Part shown: one piece after another, positions 14,980-27,611 of the stretch
How the letters are laid out: each line of letters begins with the position of its first letter
Position numbering within the stretch: position 1 is the stretch's first letter
Assembly: GCA_951406725.2 (NCBI GenBank)
Contig: OX597828.1
Coordinates: forward strand, 47,120,001 to 47,184,000
Direction of reading: 5' to 3'
DNA from: Octopus vulgaris
Lineage: Eukaryota
DNA: 64,000 bases
Translations under genes and position numbers: made by a program
The notes under the pieces: generated by a model
Told to the model about the DNA's origin: nothing
Database searches by the model: none
What the model saw: only the letters and a program-made list of their open reading frames with translations

Positions 14980-15452
14980 GCTCCCACCCCCCCCGCTTAT
15001 TTAATTTGATATTTAATAACACCGACAGAATTCACTTAGTTGGCCTTTTTTTGTTTTGTTTTGTTTTTATATTGTTGTTGTAGTTGTTGTATTTGCTGAT
15101 GGCGGTGGGGAGGAGGGAATGTCATCATCGCTTTTTCTCACTGTTTTTTTTATTGTTGCTTTTGTTACGATTTTTATTCAGTTGATCAGAAGGCATGTTT
15201 CTTATCCGTGTTCCTACCTACACACACGCACACACACACACACACATCTACACACACACACACATACACACACACACACACATATACCATTACACACACA
15301 CACACACATATACCATTACACACACACACACATACGTATATCTATGTACATATATATATATATATATACATATGCATATATATGTACACATATTTACATG
15401 TGTACATCTATATATTTGCATATGTATGTGTGTGCCTGTATGTGTGTGTGTG

Positions 15453-15508
<56 letters not shown>

Positions 15509-15714
15509 ATTCTATACATCACATAATTGCGTAGACAGCTGCGCATGCCATAAATATAAAATCAACATAAAAAAAACCATATTGATGTGTATCCATACAT
15601 ATATACACAACAAACTTATTCATTTATGAATATGCATGTGTGTATGTATACATACATAAAAATGCATACATGCATATATACATATTTATATATATATATA
15701 TATATATATTTATG

Positions 15715-15790
<76 letters not shown>

Positions 15791-15870
15791 CAGATATATA
15801 TACTTAACTATATGCATATATACTTGTGTGTGTGCCTATGTATACGTATATCTATCTCTCGCTCTCTACC

Positions 15871-15901
<31 letters not shown>

Positions 15902-15912
15902 AGATAGATGGG

Positions 15913-15991
<79 letters not shown>

Positions 15992-16530
15992 GCATACGTG
16001 CATTCATTACGTACATTCATATATATTCACACACATATGTATGTATACGTATGTATCTGGTATGCTCAACAATCTAATCTGTTTAACATTTGCTATGGCG
16101 TAGCGTAGGAGGGCGAATTTCATTATCTTTATTACAATAACTGCAATTATTTTACTTGAGCAATTTTGCCTTTGTGCAGCAAATATTCATTATCGATTAC
16201 ATTAAATTGATCTTTTGCAATAAAGGCGGGCTACTGTAGCCAACTTACTTACATGGTTAAATCTAGCTTTAATTGTTGATTTCTGTTATGAAGAGCTGTT
16301 CACGAATTTTCGTCAAATATCATAAAATTACGACAGCAAAAAATGTTGAAATGCCACTTCTCTCACTATGTTAATTAATAGCAATATGGTAATGGTAATG
16401 AATTCGTAAGTGTGACAACGCAAGAGTACTCAATATCTACGGTTGTATCCAGTCAATTATATTCAATAAAGTGTTTTGTGAAATATATTGACATGCAGAT
16501 CAATATACATACATGCATAAATGCATATTG

Positions 16531-16596
<66 letters not shown>

Positions 16597-16702
16597 TTAA
16601 TCCAAACAAGAAAACACAAAGAAACAAAAAAAACACAGCAACGCGAGGACGTGGAACAAATAAAGTATTATTGGACGCTCAGGAAAGAAGGGAAGAAAGA
16701 GG

Positions 16703-16737
16703 GTTTAACGTTTCGTGTGGAGCTCTTCGTCGGAAAC
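16703..16737 (-). ncRNA. Degenerate hammerhead motif (H1)
   Basis: GUUU CCGACGA A GAGC-UCC-ACAC GAAA CG UU AAAC: U4C change and broken stem II. Confidence 0.45.
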
Positions 16738-17094
16738 ATAGGAGAAGGAAAGATCCCGAGAAGGGAAGACAGAGGAAAAAAATCGTCGTAATAAATAATA
16801 ATATCAGGGTAATAAAGATTTGTGGCCTACCTGTGGCCTAGCATGTAGAAAAATTAGTCAATAGATTATATATTATTCATATAAAATACAGTGTACATTT
16901 AAACACAATAAGAGGTATCCATCATAGGACTCCCTTACGCTAGACGTAAGAGCTAAACTTTAGCCGTTCCTTCTAGCGTAAGGGAGTCCTGTGATGTATA
17001 CCTCTTAATGTGTTTAAATGTACACTGACCGCGTGTGTATCGTTGTCGATTTTCCGTCTCCGTCTTCCCTTCCTTGGATCTTTCCTTTTTCTAT

Positions 17095-17129
17095 GTTTCT
17101 GACGAAGAGCTCCGCTCGAAACGTTAAAT
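17095..17129 (+). ncRNA. Minimal type-I hammerhead ribozyme (H1), intact core
   Basis: GUUU CUGACGA A GAGC-UCC-GCUC GAAA CG UU AAAU. Confidence 0.7.
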
Positions 17130-17245
17130 CCTCCTTCTCTCTTTCCTTTCCTGAGCGTCCAATAACACTATACTTGTTCCACGTCCTCGCATTGTTGTGT
17201 TTTCTCTTTCTTCATGTTTGGATTAACTATATATGTATATATATA

Positions 17246-17739
<494 letters not shown>

Positions 17740-17912
17740 TATATATACACACACACATATGTATGTATGCATATACTTTATTTGTAGGTTAACAAGAAGA
17801 CTACCAATAGTTTCAGGTAAGGGGAATCAAACCTGCCATATTGGAACGTTGATGCTCGTCTCTATTGTGGAGAGAATAGTTATTCACTCATTCTCACTGT
17901 CCGATTTAGAGT

Positions 17913-17980
<68 letters not shown>

Positions 17981-19065
17981 ACTGGGACCCGAAATTGCTG
18001 GCCTTGTGCCAAAATGCGAAACCAATAAGTGGATTCCCGGGCCAACAGTATGTGTAATTATGGTGGTTAATTGAGATATTTAATTTAAAAGTAGCCATAT
18101 CGCTCCAAACAATCTTCGTCTGGAGATTTTAGTGTGAAAAATGCGACCTGTATGCCGGAAAAGACGGTAATTTCAATATAATTGTTGATAAGATGTAGCG
18201 ATGAATTATAAAGACACTCAAATTTGTCGTTCATGGATGACCAACAATGAACAGCAAAATACACATTTTCTGTTTATTTGACATTGAAGATAAATAATAC
18301 AAATGATGGTCTTTGTCTTGCTTTGCCTAGCTTTCTCTTGCTTTGGGTTCTCAACTCTTGATGGAGTCGTAGAGGAACCGACGTAACGTATGACACATGT
18401 TGGGCATTTTTAAACCAGATAGAGCCCATACGTATCCAAATATCCAAATTGACCACAAATGAATTCTTCCAGAAAGTGAAGGGAATAAATTGAGAGCGAG
18501 AGAGTGAGAAATCAATTCCAGAACATGACTGGTGTTTTTTTTTTGTTTTTTGTTTTTTGTTTTTATCAAGCCCGAAAGAACGAAAGGTAATTTTGATCTC
18601 GGCGGAGTTTGAACTCGGAGCACAGATAGCCAGAACGGTTTATTGCAAAGCAATCTATCCGACGCTCTACCGATTCTGCCTCTTGACCACCTTATTACAG
18701 ACGATAGGAGAAATTCAATTCTCCAACGGAATTGTCTTTTCTGACAATATGTTGTTTCTTTACGGAATTTTGCTTGATATTTTGGCGAAGTGGCAGCGTT
18801 ATTAGAATGTCGGACAAAATACTTTGCGGTATTTATTCTGACTTCTCCCTTTTTGAGTTCAAATCCTGCCGAAGTCAACTTCACATTTCATCCTTCTGGA
18901 GGTGGTAAAATAAAGTAAATTTCTAGAACGATGGAATGAGGGAATCATCAGAAAGTCGGACGGAATGCTTTGCCGTATATTTTCCGGGTCTTTGGTCTGT
19001 GAGTTCAAATCTCACTGAGGTCTATATAGGTTAGAGACCTACCCGATCGCCCGGATCAACGCCAC

Positions 19066-19631
19066 GGCTAGCTGGCAGAAACGTTAGCACGCTGGGTGAA
19101 ATGCTTGTTCAAATTCCGCCGAGGTCGACTTTGCCTTTCATCCTTTCGGGGTCGATTAAATAAGTACCAGTTACGCACTGGGGTCGATATAATCGACTTA
19201 ATCCGTTTGTCTGTCCTTGTTTGTCCTCTCTGTGTGAAGCCCCTTGTGGGTAGTAAAGAAATAGGTATTTCGCCTGCCGCTATGTTCTGAGTTCAAATTC
19301 CGCCGAGGTCGACTTTGCCTTTCATCCTTTCGGGGTCGATTAAATAAGTACCAGTTACGCACTGGGGTCGATATAATCGACTTAATCCGTTTGTCTGTCC
19401 TTGTTTGTCCTCTCTGTGTGAAGCCCCTTGTGGGTAGTAAAGAAATAGGTATTTCGCCTGCCGCTATGTTCTGAGTTCAAATTCCGCCGAGGTCGACTTT
19501 GCCTTTCATCCTTCCGGGGTCGATTAAATAAGTACCAGTTACGCACTGGGGTCGAAATAATCGACTTAATCCGTTTGTCTGTCCTTGTTTGTCCTCTCTG
19601 TGTGAAGCCCCTTGTGGGTAGTAAAGAAATA
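19066..19631 (+). mobile_element. SINE-B head followed by three tandem 184-bp body units
   Basis: GTTCAAATTCCGCCGAGG recurs at 19107, 19291 and 19475; units nearly identical. Confidence 0.92.
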
Positions 19632-20577
19632 CGTATTAACGCCACCACCCGCTTCTTGGGTACCTTTAGCGAAGAAATCTACAGTGCACCAAACATCGAA
19701 ACCAGATTTCTATTTTGAGGAAAACATCCTCCTTCTCACCTCCATTCTCCCGGTTTTAGAAACACTGAGAAACGTCATGGGATCAGCACCGTTTCCTAGT
19801 TAAACGATAAAAAAGGTGGAGTCGTCGGACGCCCACGTAGACGTCCACTATATATGTATATCTACTAAACGTGTATCGAGAAAGAGTTTACATCTAACAG
19901 AAGTAATTTATTTCGAGGTGTCAGCAAAAGGAACAAAAGCTTGATTCTCGCTGAGTTCTGCCATTTTCTTTGCATATCCATACAATACTTTGTTTTAAAC
20001 GAAAGTCTAAAATTGAATTAAATTTTTACATGTTAATTTATAGTCTTCGCAAGAAAGAACTTCAAGAAAGGGTCTTTAATAGAAATCTTAAGAAATAGGG
20101 TCTATATTAAATAGGGTCTACTTAAAATGACACTTGACAAATAATTAACTATAATTATACGCTTGTCTCACGCCATTTCACAATAGAATAAGTCTCTAGC
20201 TGCGAGTCAGTATTGAACCTAAAATGTTTGCTTTTGTGTTGGTTGTCAACTTCAGTGGAGCGAAAAGTGAACGTCTTGTTTGTGAGTGTCAGTGTATTAA
20301 AATCAGTGGAGCGTGAATGTTTGGCAAGTGCTTCTAAATAAAGGCTAAATTGATTGGTTGGCTGGTTGGGTGGCTGGTGAAAGAGATGTTTCTTTCTGGC
20401 TGGCTGGTTGGTGGTTAGGTGGGTGAGTGTTGCTCAGCACCGTACGACCTATCAAGCAAATAGTCATATGTGTGTATGTATGTCAATGTGTGTGTCTATG
20501 TCTATGCGTGTGTATGTGAGTGAGTTTTTGTGCGTACATATGCATGTGTATATTATATATATACATGTATATACGTG

Positions 20578-20618
<41 letters not shown>

Positions 20619-20902
20619 TATATGTATGTAGGTAGGTAGGTATATATCTCTATATATGTGCTCCTTTATATATGTATATATATATACATATATATATATG
20701 AATATATATATATATATACATACGTATATACGTACATGCATATATATACATACATATATACGTCACGCACACATAAAATTATGAGTACACAAACGAGCGA
20801 ATGAACAGAATATATGTAAATAATGTGAGAGATGAGAGAGTAATTAATGGATTACCAAGACAGCATCAGTAATTAACTATATTAATTGAATCAATATATA
20901 TA

Positions 20903-21278
20903 GGCGTAGGAGTGGCTGTGGGGTAAGTAGCTTGCTTACCAACCACATGGTTCCGGATTCATTCCCACTACGTGGCACATTGGACAAGTGTCTTCTGCTA
21001 TAGCCTCGGGCCGACCAAAGCCTTGTGAGTGAATTTGGTAGACGGAAACTGAAAGAAGCCTGTTTTGTATGTGTGTGTGTTTGTGTGTCTGTGTCTGTCC
21101 CCCAACATCGCTTGACAACCGATGTTGGTGTGTTTACGTCCCCGTTATTTTGCAGTTCGGCAAAAGAGATCGAACATATAAGTACTAGGCTTACAAAGGG
21201 TCGATTTGTTCGACTAAATGCGGTGCTCCAGCATAGCCGCAGTCAGATGCCTGAAAAGAATTAAAAAATGAAAGAATA
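20903..21278 (+). mobile_element. SINE-A full length
   Basis: Consensus match. Confidence 0.9.
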
Positions 21279-21809
21279 CAGATATAGATCTTAAAAAGGC
21301 AATGCGCGGTGGTGGAGGTGGTGGTGGTTGTCGTCGTCGTCTTGGACGTGGTGGTGTTGACGGCAGCGACGGTGGCGGTGGTGGTGGAAGTAGGTTCTAT
21401 GGTGTCTTTCAACAAAGCTAGAAATAGCGAGTAAATTGCACACCTCAACCCCGTGTCTTTTTTTAATACTTTCGAACCACAATAATTTTCTCAAATAACC
21501 ACGAGGATATTTTCAAATCTTCTACTCTGGAATCGAACATACTGAAATCGAAAATAACATTCGCTTCTTCTTGTTTTTCTTCTTTTTCTCTTTAAATTAA
21601 TAATATAGAAGTTGCAAGCCTTAAAATTATGCAGTGTTAACCAATCGAAACATCCATTGCTAACATACTGGAAATCAGATGCATATGTATACATTAATCC
21701 ATTACATACGACAGAAGCAGCATTAGATCAAAATAGTCATCTGTGTATCAAAATTAACGTAAAGCAAAAGCATTATTGTATTCGTCCAAAGATAATATCT
21801 CATAGGATA

Positions 21810-21979
21810 GGCGCAGGTGTGGCTATGTGGTACGAAGTTTGCTTCCCAACCACGCGGTTCCAGGTTCAGTCCCTCTCCGTGGCACCCTGAACAGGTGTTT
21901 TTCTACTACAGCTTCAGGCAAACCAAAACATAGTGAGTGGATTTGGTAGACGGAAACTGAAAAAAGCCTGTCGTATATC

Positions 21980-22025
<46 letters not shown>

Positions 22026-22265
22026 TGTGTGTGTGTGTTTTAGTGTCTGCGTTTGATCCTCAGCACCGCTTCGCTTCGCAATAGGTGTTGGTGTGTTTAT
22101 GTCTCCATGACTAAACGGTTCTGCAAAGCAGAGTGGTAGAATAAGTACCGGGCTTTAAAGAAGAATAAATACGAGGGACGATTTGTTCAGCTAAAATGTT
22201 TTTAACACGGTACCCCAGTATGGTCGCAGTCAAATGACTGAGACAAATAAAAGATAAAAGATAAG
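21810..22265 (+). mobile_element. SINE-A, diverged
   Basis: Head, core, (TG)n and tail recognisable. Confidence 0.8.
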
Positions 22266-22794
22266 ATATATATCGAAGGCAGATGAAAATCATCCTCGCA
22301 TCGGCTTGTGAGATTCTAAATGCATTTGTACCGTTTTGGGTGTCGTTAGCTGCATGTGCTCACATCCAATCGCACGCATGTTAAAACGAAATCTGTTGCC
22401 GTCGATGGAGGACGACTGTAAATGAACTATTACTGATGCTGCGAATAGCCATCAGGCTGAATAAAATCCGTTATATGCATTAGAAACAGGTAGAATAAAA
22501 TAGACAGTTGTGTGTTATAACAAATGCAAATATATCACGAAAAGCAAATCTATGACGAAATTTAGAAACGTTTTCCATTGCTAATCTCAGTTCATCTATC
22601 GATACATTCATCCCCATTTGCCTTCACCCCCACCCCGCAGGCTTTAAAAGAAATAAGCAGTGGAATCGATTCATGAGGCTAAAAATTCTTCAAGGCAGTG
22701 CCCCAATATGGTGGCAGTCTAACGACGGAAACAATTAAGGGTAATACATGCATATATAAGTGCATAGATACACACATATGCATGTATGTTGATC

Positions 22795-22847
<53 letters not shown>

Positions 22848-23015
22848 ACACACACACACATAGATACACACATATGAACTTTGGAAGCGTCGAATGTGTT
22901 TGGTATTTTACAGACAAGAAAGTAAATTTCGAACGCAATAACGGTGTGAGAACAGCAGAATTAGATTGGGTATTCAACCCTCTTATAAAACAGAAGAAAA
23001 AAGTTACCTGCAGGT

Positions 23016-23245
23016 GGCTCGAGCTGGCAGAAGCGTTAGCACGCAGGGCGAAATGCGTAGCCGTATTTCGTCTGCCGTTACGTTCTGAGTTCAAATTCCG
23101 CCGAGGTCGACTTTGCCTTTCATCCTTTCGAGTTCGATTAAATAAGTACCAGTTGCGCACTGAGGTCGATAGAATCGACTTAATCCCTTTGTCTGTCCTT
23201 GTTTATCCTCTCTGTGTTTAGCCCCTTGTGGGTAGTAAAGAAATA
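23016..23245 (+). mobile_element. SINE-B full length
   Basis: Consensus match; tail runs on into GGTATT as at the 19.1-kb concatemer junctions. Confidence 0.9.
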
Positions 23246-23325
23246 GGTATTCGAATCTGTAACTTCCAGATGCCCGGTGAATGCTCGACCATTAAGCTAA
23301 TCGGCCCCTGACAATAATTACAATC

Positions 23326-23374
<49 letters not shown>

Positions 23375-23375
<1 letters not shown>

Positions 23376-23804
23376 TAGCAGCATAGCCCGGCGTTGCCCG
23401 GCTATGTAAGAGCTCCTAGTAGGCAACGACTAATCCCAATCTAGTTCTTTCCCTCTAGGGAACCAAGGCGCATGTGTAGGTTGCAATGTCTTCTCTTCAC
23501 TCGAATACTTCTATGTATACGATGTTCCTAGCTGTCTCCCGATTGCAAGTTGCGAAAACTACAACAGAAAATGTGTTGCATATAAAAAGCTTAGATTCTC
23601 GACCCCATGTCGAATTTATCGATTTTTTTCAGAACTGGGGGAACTTTTCAAAATTTTCGCTGCGTTAGTTTTGAATTATGACATTGGGCTATGTGTGTGT
23701 CAAGTTTCATCAGAATCGGTTGAAAGCCGTGGTCAGGGTGAGGGTACAACCTGACAGCCACACAGACACACAGACAGACAAACTGCCGTTTATATATAGA
23801 GAGA
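23375..23804 (-). mobile_element. Non-autonomous Helitron
   Basis: Minus strand A|TCTCTCTATATATAAAC...CCGGGCAACGCCGGG (hairpin)...CTAG|T; canonical TC/CTAG ends, A-T target, no TSD. Confidence 0.8.
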
Positions 23805-23808
23805 TAAA

Positions 23809-24005
23809 GGCGGTGAGCTGGCAGAAGTGTTTGAACGCTGGACAAAATGCTTAGCGGTATTTTCCCTGTCGCTACGTTCTGAGTGCAAATTCCGCCGAGG
23901 TCGACTTTGCTTTTCATCCTTTCGGGGTTCGATAAATTGAGTACCAGTGAATCTCTGAGGTCGATATAATTAATTAACCCCCTCCCCTCCCAAAATTTCG
24001 GGCAT
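23809..24005 (+). mobile_element. SINE-B, older subfamily
   Basis: Consensus match. Confidence 0.8.
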
Positions 24006-24185
24006 TTTAAGATCCACGAAGATCAGACCTTAACTGCAGGTGTTGGTGGCCCAAATCGGATGTGCAATCTGTGTGGATGTCTTTTCAAAATATTGTCTGG
24101 TTTAAAAAGCCAAATTAGTTGTCATCATGGCTCTGAGGTGTAAGTACAGGAACTGGTCAAATTTTGCATAAGGAGTAGACAACCA

Positions 24186-24234
<49 letters not shown>

Positions 24235-24240
24235 CATACA

Positions 24241-24273
<33 letters not shown>

Positions 24274-24317
24274 GAATATATATATATGTGCAAATATATA
24301 TATATATATATATATAT

Positions 24318-24582
24318 ATCACCGTGATCACCGTGACTGACCAGGCTATCAGATGTTACTACACATCGCTGGTCACAATGCTTCGCATTGTTTTAGTCTT
24401 CCGATGACGCCACCCCGCAGGCTAAGCGAGCAGGCCTACAGAATAAAGTGTGAGAGAAAGTTGCGGCGAAAGAGTACAGCAGGGATCGCCCCCCTACCGG
24501 AGCCTAGTGGAGCTCTAGGTGTTTTCGCTCAACGCCCGGTCTGGGAATCGAAACCGCGATCCCACAACCGCGAGTCCGCTTT
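24318..24582 (-). mobile_element. SINE-C, long-tail variant
   Basis: Reverse complement of the 47784-48057 type. Confidence 0.8.
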
Positions 24583-24672
24583 CCAATAGAAACTGTTCGA
24601 ATCGATTAAGAATTTGATGTTTATACGAAATGTCGGATGAGAGTTCAAAATTTTAAAATTCAGGGGTAAGAT

Positions 24673-24983
24673 GAGTTTCTTTATTGGCCACACAGGGCTG
24701 CACACAGATGGGACAAGTTACAAGGTAGAGCTTTTCTTTTGGGGGAATGAAGAGAACAAAAAACAAAAGAAAAAAAAAGTGGTGGCGTAGGTTTTCGATC
24801 AAGAGGGATCGTAAAAGGGAAGAAAAGAACAAAAAAAAATTGAATAAAATAAAAGGAATAAAAAGAAACAAAAAGGAAAGGAAAAGGAACAAAAGGAAAG
24901 AGAAATGAAAAAAGAAGAAAAAAGGGGGAAGAGGAAAAAAAGAACGATCAATAGGGATCGTGTATCACAGTGTTATGATATAT
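24673..24983 (-). mobile_element. 5'-truncated LINE 3' end (pyrimidine-rich UTR, AATAAAGAAA end)
   Basis: 11-bp TSD AGGGGTAAGAT at 24662-24672 and 24984-24994; related 3' end on + at about 45300-45415. Confidence 0.7.
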
Positions 24984-25051
24984 AGGGGTAAGATAGGTAG
25001 ATAAATAGGTAGATAAAATAAATATATACAGATTCGGGGGAATTCGGGTAA

Positions 25052-25162
25052 AGGATATCATCTACGGCCGTTTCAGGGGTACAATGAATGTATAAATGGC
25101 GTTTCAAGTATTTCAAGTACAGAAGCATAATGCCCACCTCATCAGGATAGTGATGAAATCCT
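25052..25162 (-). ncRNA. Extended type-I hammerhead ribozyme (family H3), intact core, GUA cleavage site
   Basis: Minus strand AGGAUUUC-AUCACU(bulge)-AUC CUGAUGA GGUGGG...CCCCU GAAA CGGCCG UA GAU GAUAUCCU; palindromic stem III ACGGCCGU. Confidence 0.7.
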
Positions 25163-25359
25163 AAATGGTAATAATTTAATAGATTTAAGGTTTCCTTCGA
25201 TTTTTATAATAATATGATTTTAAACCGCAGTTCATTATTTCATGCAACCGGTTATTGAAAAGACCATTAGTTGAAAGGACCAATGAAACAAAACCACTTT
25301 CAAACGTGTATCTATCAAAGTAATTGCTTCATTCTAAACATTCTTACTCCATTCTAAAC

Positions 25360-25403
25360 AAAACTGTCCGACGAGCGGAAACGTGAAACTGAGTAACTGT
25401 TTT
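25360..25403 (+). ncRNA. Degenerate type-I hammerhead (family H4)
   Basis: AAAACUGU CCGACGA GCG-GAAA-CGU GAAA CUGAG UA ACUGUUUU: stem I 7/8 bp, U4C change. Confidence 0.6.
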
Positions 25404-26283
25404 TGGGATATTTTTGCTGTTTTTTAATAAAGTATATACACATATACACACACATACATATACACAAACACATATACAACAGGCTTCTTTCAGCTTGTCT
25501 ACAAAATCCACTCACAAAACCGTGGTGGGCCCGAGGATATAGTCGAAGATACTTGCCCAAAATGCCACGTAGTGTGACTGAACCCGGAACCTTATGGTTG
25601 GAAAGCAAACTTCTTACCACACAGCCACACCTGTATGCGGACAAATGTTTAGGAGATTTGCAACCACGTGGTCTAGAGCATTTACCATTTCCCAAAACTT
25701 CGGTTCCACCCATATCTCCTGTGAGAAATTGTTTCAACGGAGACTGCCGAGAAGACTATCAGTGGATTGTACTTCTATGTTACAAAGTACAGCGTGGCAA
25801 CATACTGTGTGTCACATGTACTTTTACCTAGGTGTTACGTTAAGGGTACATGTGTCTGGAATACTCAGCCAGTTAAAGATTAATTCAGGAGCAGGTAATT
25901 CAGTAGATCAAACAACTGAATATACATCACCGACGAACGACGGTAACCTGCTTACCTTACCTACCTTACCTACCTACCTACCTACCTACCTACCTTACTA
26001 CCTACCTACCTACCTACCTACCTACCTAAATACCTACCTACTTAGACACATCCGTTAAGACCTGAAATCTAAGATCTTCTCTACCCTGATGAAGGAGTTC
26101 GTCTCATCCTATGTTAAATCCGTCTATACGGCCACACTTTGTGATCGACTAAATCTATCAACATTATTTGGGATCACCGACTCCCACCCCAGAAACAGCT
26201 GTCGGACTCGTAATACTTTTATCTCACTCCTTTATTCCACCAAATTTCTCTGCCATTTATACTCTGTGTGTTGGATCTATTTG

Positions 26284-26324
<41 letters not shown>

Positions 26325-26332
<8 letters not shown>

Positions 26333-27160
26333 ATATAAATAATATATAAATATATGCATATATACATACATATATGTACATACCTACATCTATATCTATA
26401 TATATATACATGTATATATGGGTACAGGACATAAAAAAAACATTGAACACAATGAGAAACGAAAACATAGAAACAAAAACTCTCTCCTCCTCTCCCCTTC
26501 ACCGTTCCCTCTCTCTTACTCCTTCTCCTTCTCCTCCTCGACTCTTTCGTCACTGACACGTGATCAGAGGAAAGCCAACTTTCGAACTGCTATCTTCACC
26601 AAGACCAGACCGCTAATCCTGTCTCTCTCATAAGCTGTCCCCTTAATGCGTTCAGAATAATTTTTCCATCGTCTTGACTTGACAGCCCTCATCGTTTGTT
26701 TTTACTGTGTTATTCTCTTTGTTCTGTCTTTTACTGTTTTTACTTTTATTGTTTTTGCTGTCTTTTTTTGTTCTTACTGTCCTGTTCTTGTTACCACTTT
26801 TACCCCTCCGTAAAAAATCCCAAATTTTATTTGATTTGCTTTGCGGGAAGGACTGCTTCAACGAAGTTGCGTCTTGTCCTTACCTTTAAAATGCGGAGTA
26901 GACGAAACAGGGACAACTGAATAAGGGGAATATTCCTTGTGTTGTATGCCTTGTACTCTGTTTTTTTTTTCGTTGTTTGAAAAATAAGTGCGTTTCCATG
27001 TTTTTGTTTTTTTGTTTTCGCTTCTCATTGTGTTCAACGTTTTTTTTTTATGTCATGTACCCATATATGCATGTATATACACATATAGATGTAGGTATGT
27101 ACATATATGCATGTATATATACATATATTTATATTATATATTATTTATATTATTATATGA
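26325..27160. mobile_element. (TA)n-flanked element with about 150-bp terminal inverted repeats
   Basis: 26330-26475 is the imperfect reverse complement of about 26990-27155. Confidence 0.7.
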
Positions 27161-27203
27161 TCGAACGCCACGCATCCTTTTCCAAGTAAGTTTTATCTAT
27201 CTA

Positions 27204-27239
<36 letters not shown>

Positions 27240-27301
27240 GGAATATGTACTTACATAAGGCCAAAAAATGTTTTATGTTCTTGTCCCAGTTTGTACTTTT
27301 C

Positions 27302-27379
<78 letters not shown>

Positions 27380-27551
27380 TTATTTATTTATTTATACATA
27401 TAAATATATACATATTTATACATATAAATTCATCTGAAAGTCTCTACCTTTTGCTTTGCATCTAGTATACTTATATACATATTTTGTACTTCATGTAATT
27501 AATATACTTCATATATTTGATGTGTCTAATTTGCTTATCGCAATCATTGCT

Positions 27552-27611
<60 letters not shown>

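Larger units (their letters stand above)
16597..17226. mobile_element. Inverted pair of H1 pLTR fragments around a 56-bp hairpin, in (TA)n
   Basis: 16597-16790 (-) and about 17030-17226 (+) are inverted homologues; inner IR 16889-16944 / 16972-17027 with 3 mismatches. Confidence 0.8.

Noticed and set aside
19107-19631. CRISPR-like periodicity
   Set aside because: Units are whole 184-bp SINE bodies with no unique spacers; eukaryotic context and no cas genes
26080-26135. CTGATGAAGGA...TCCG possible hammerhead
   Set aside because: No GAAA after the putative stem II and no stem I partner; at best a decayed relic
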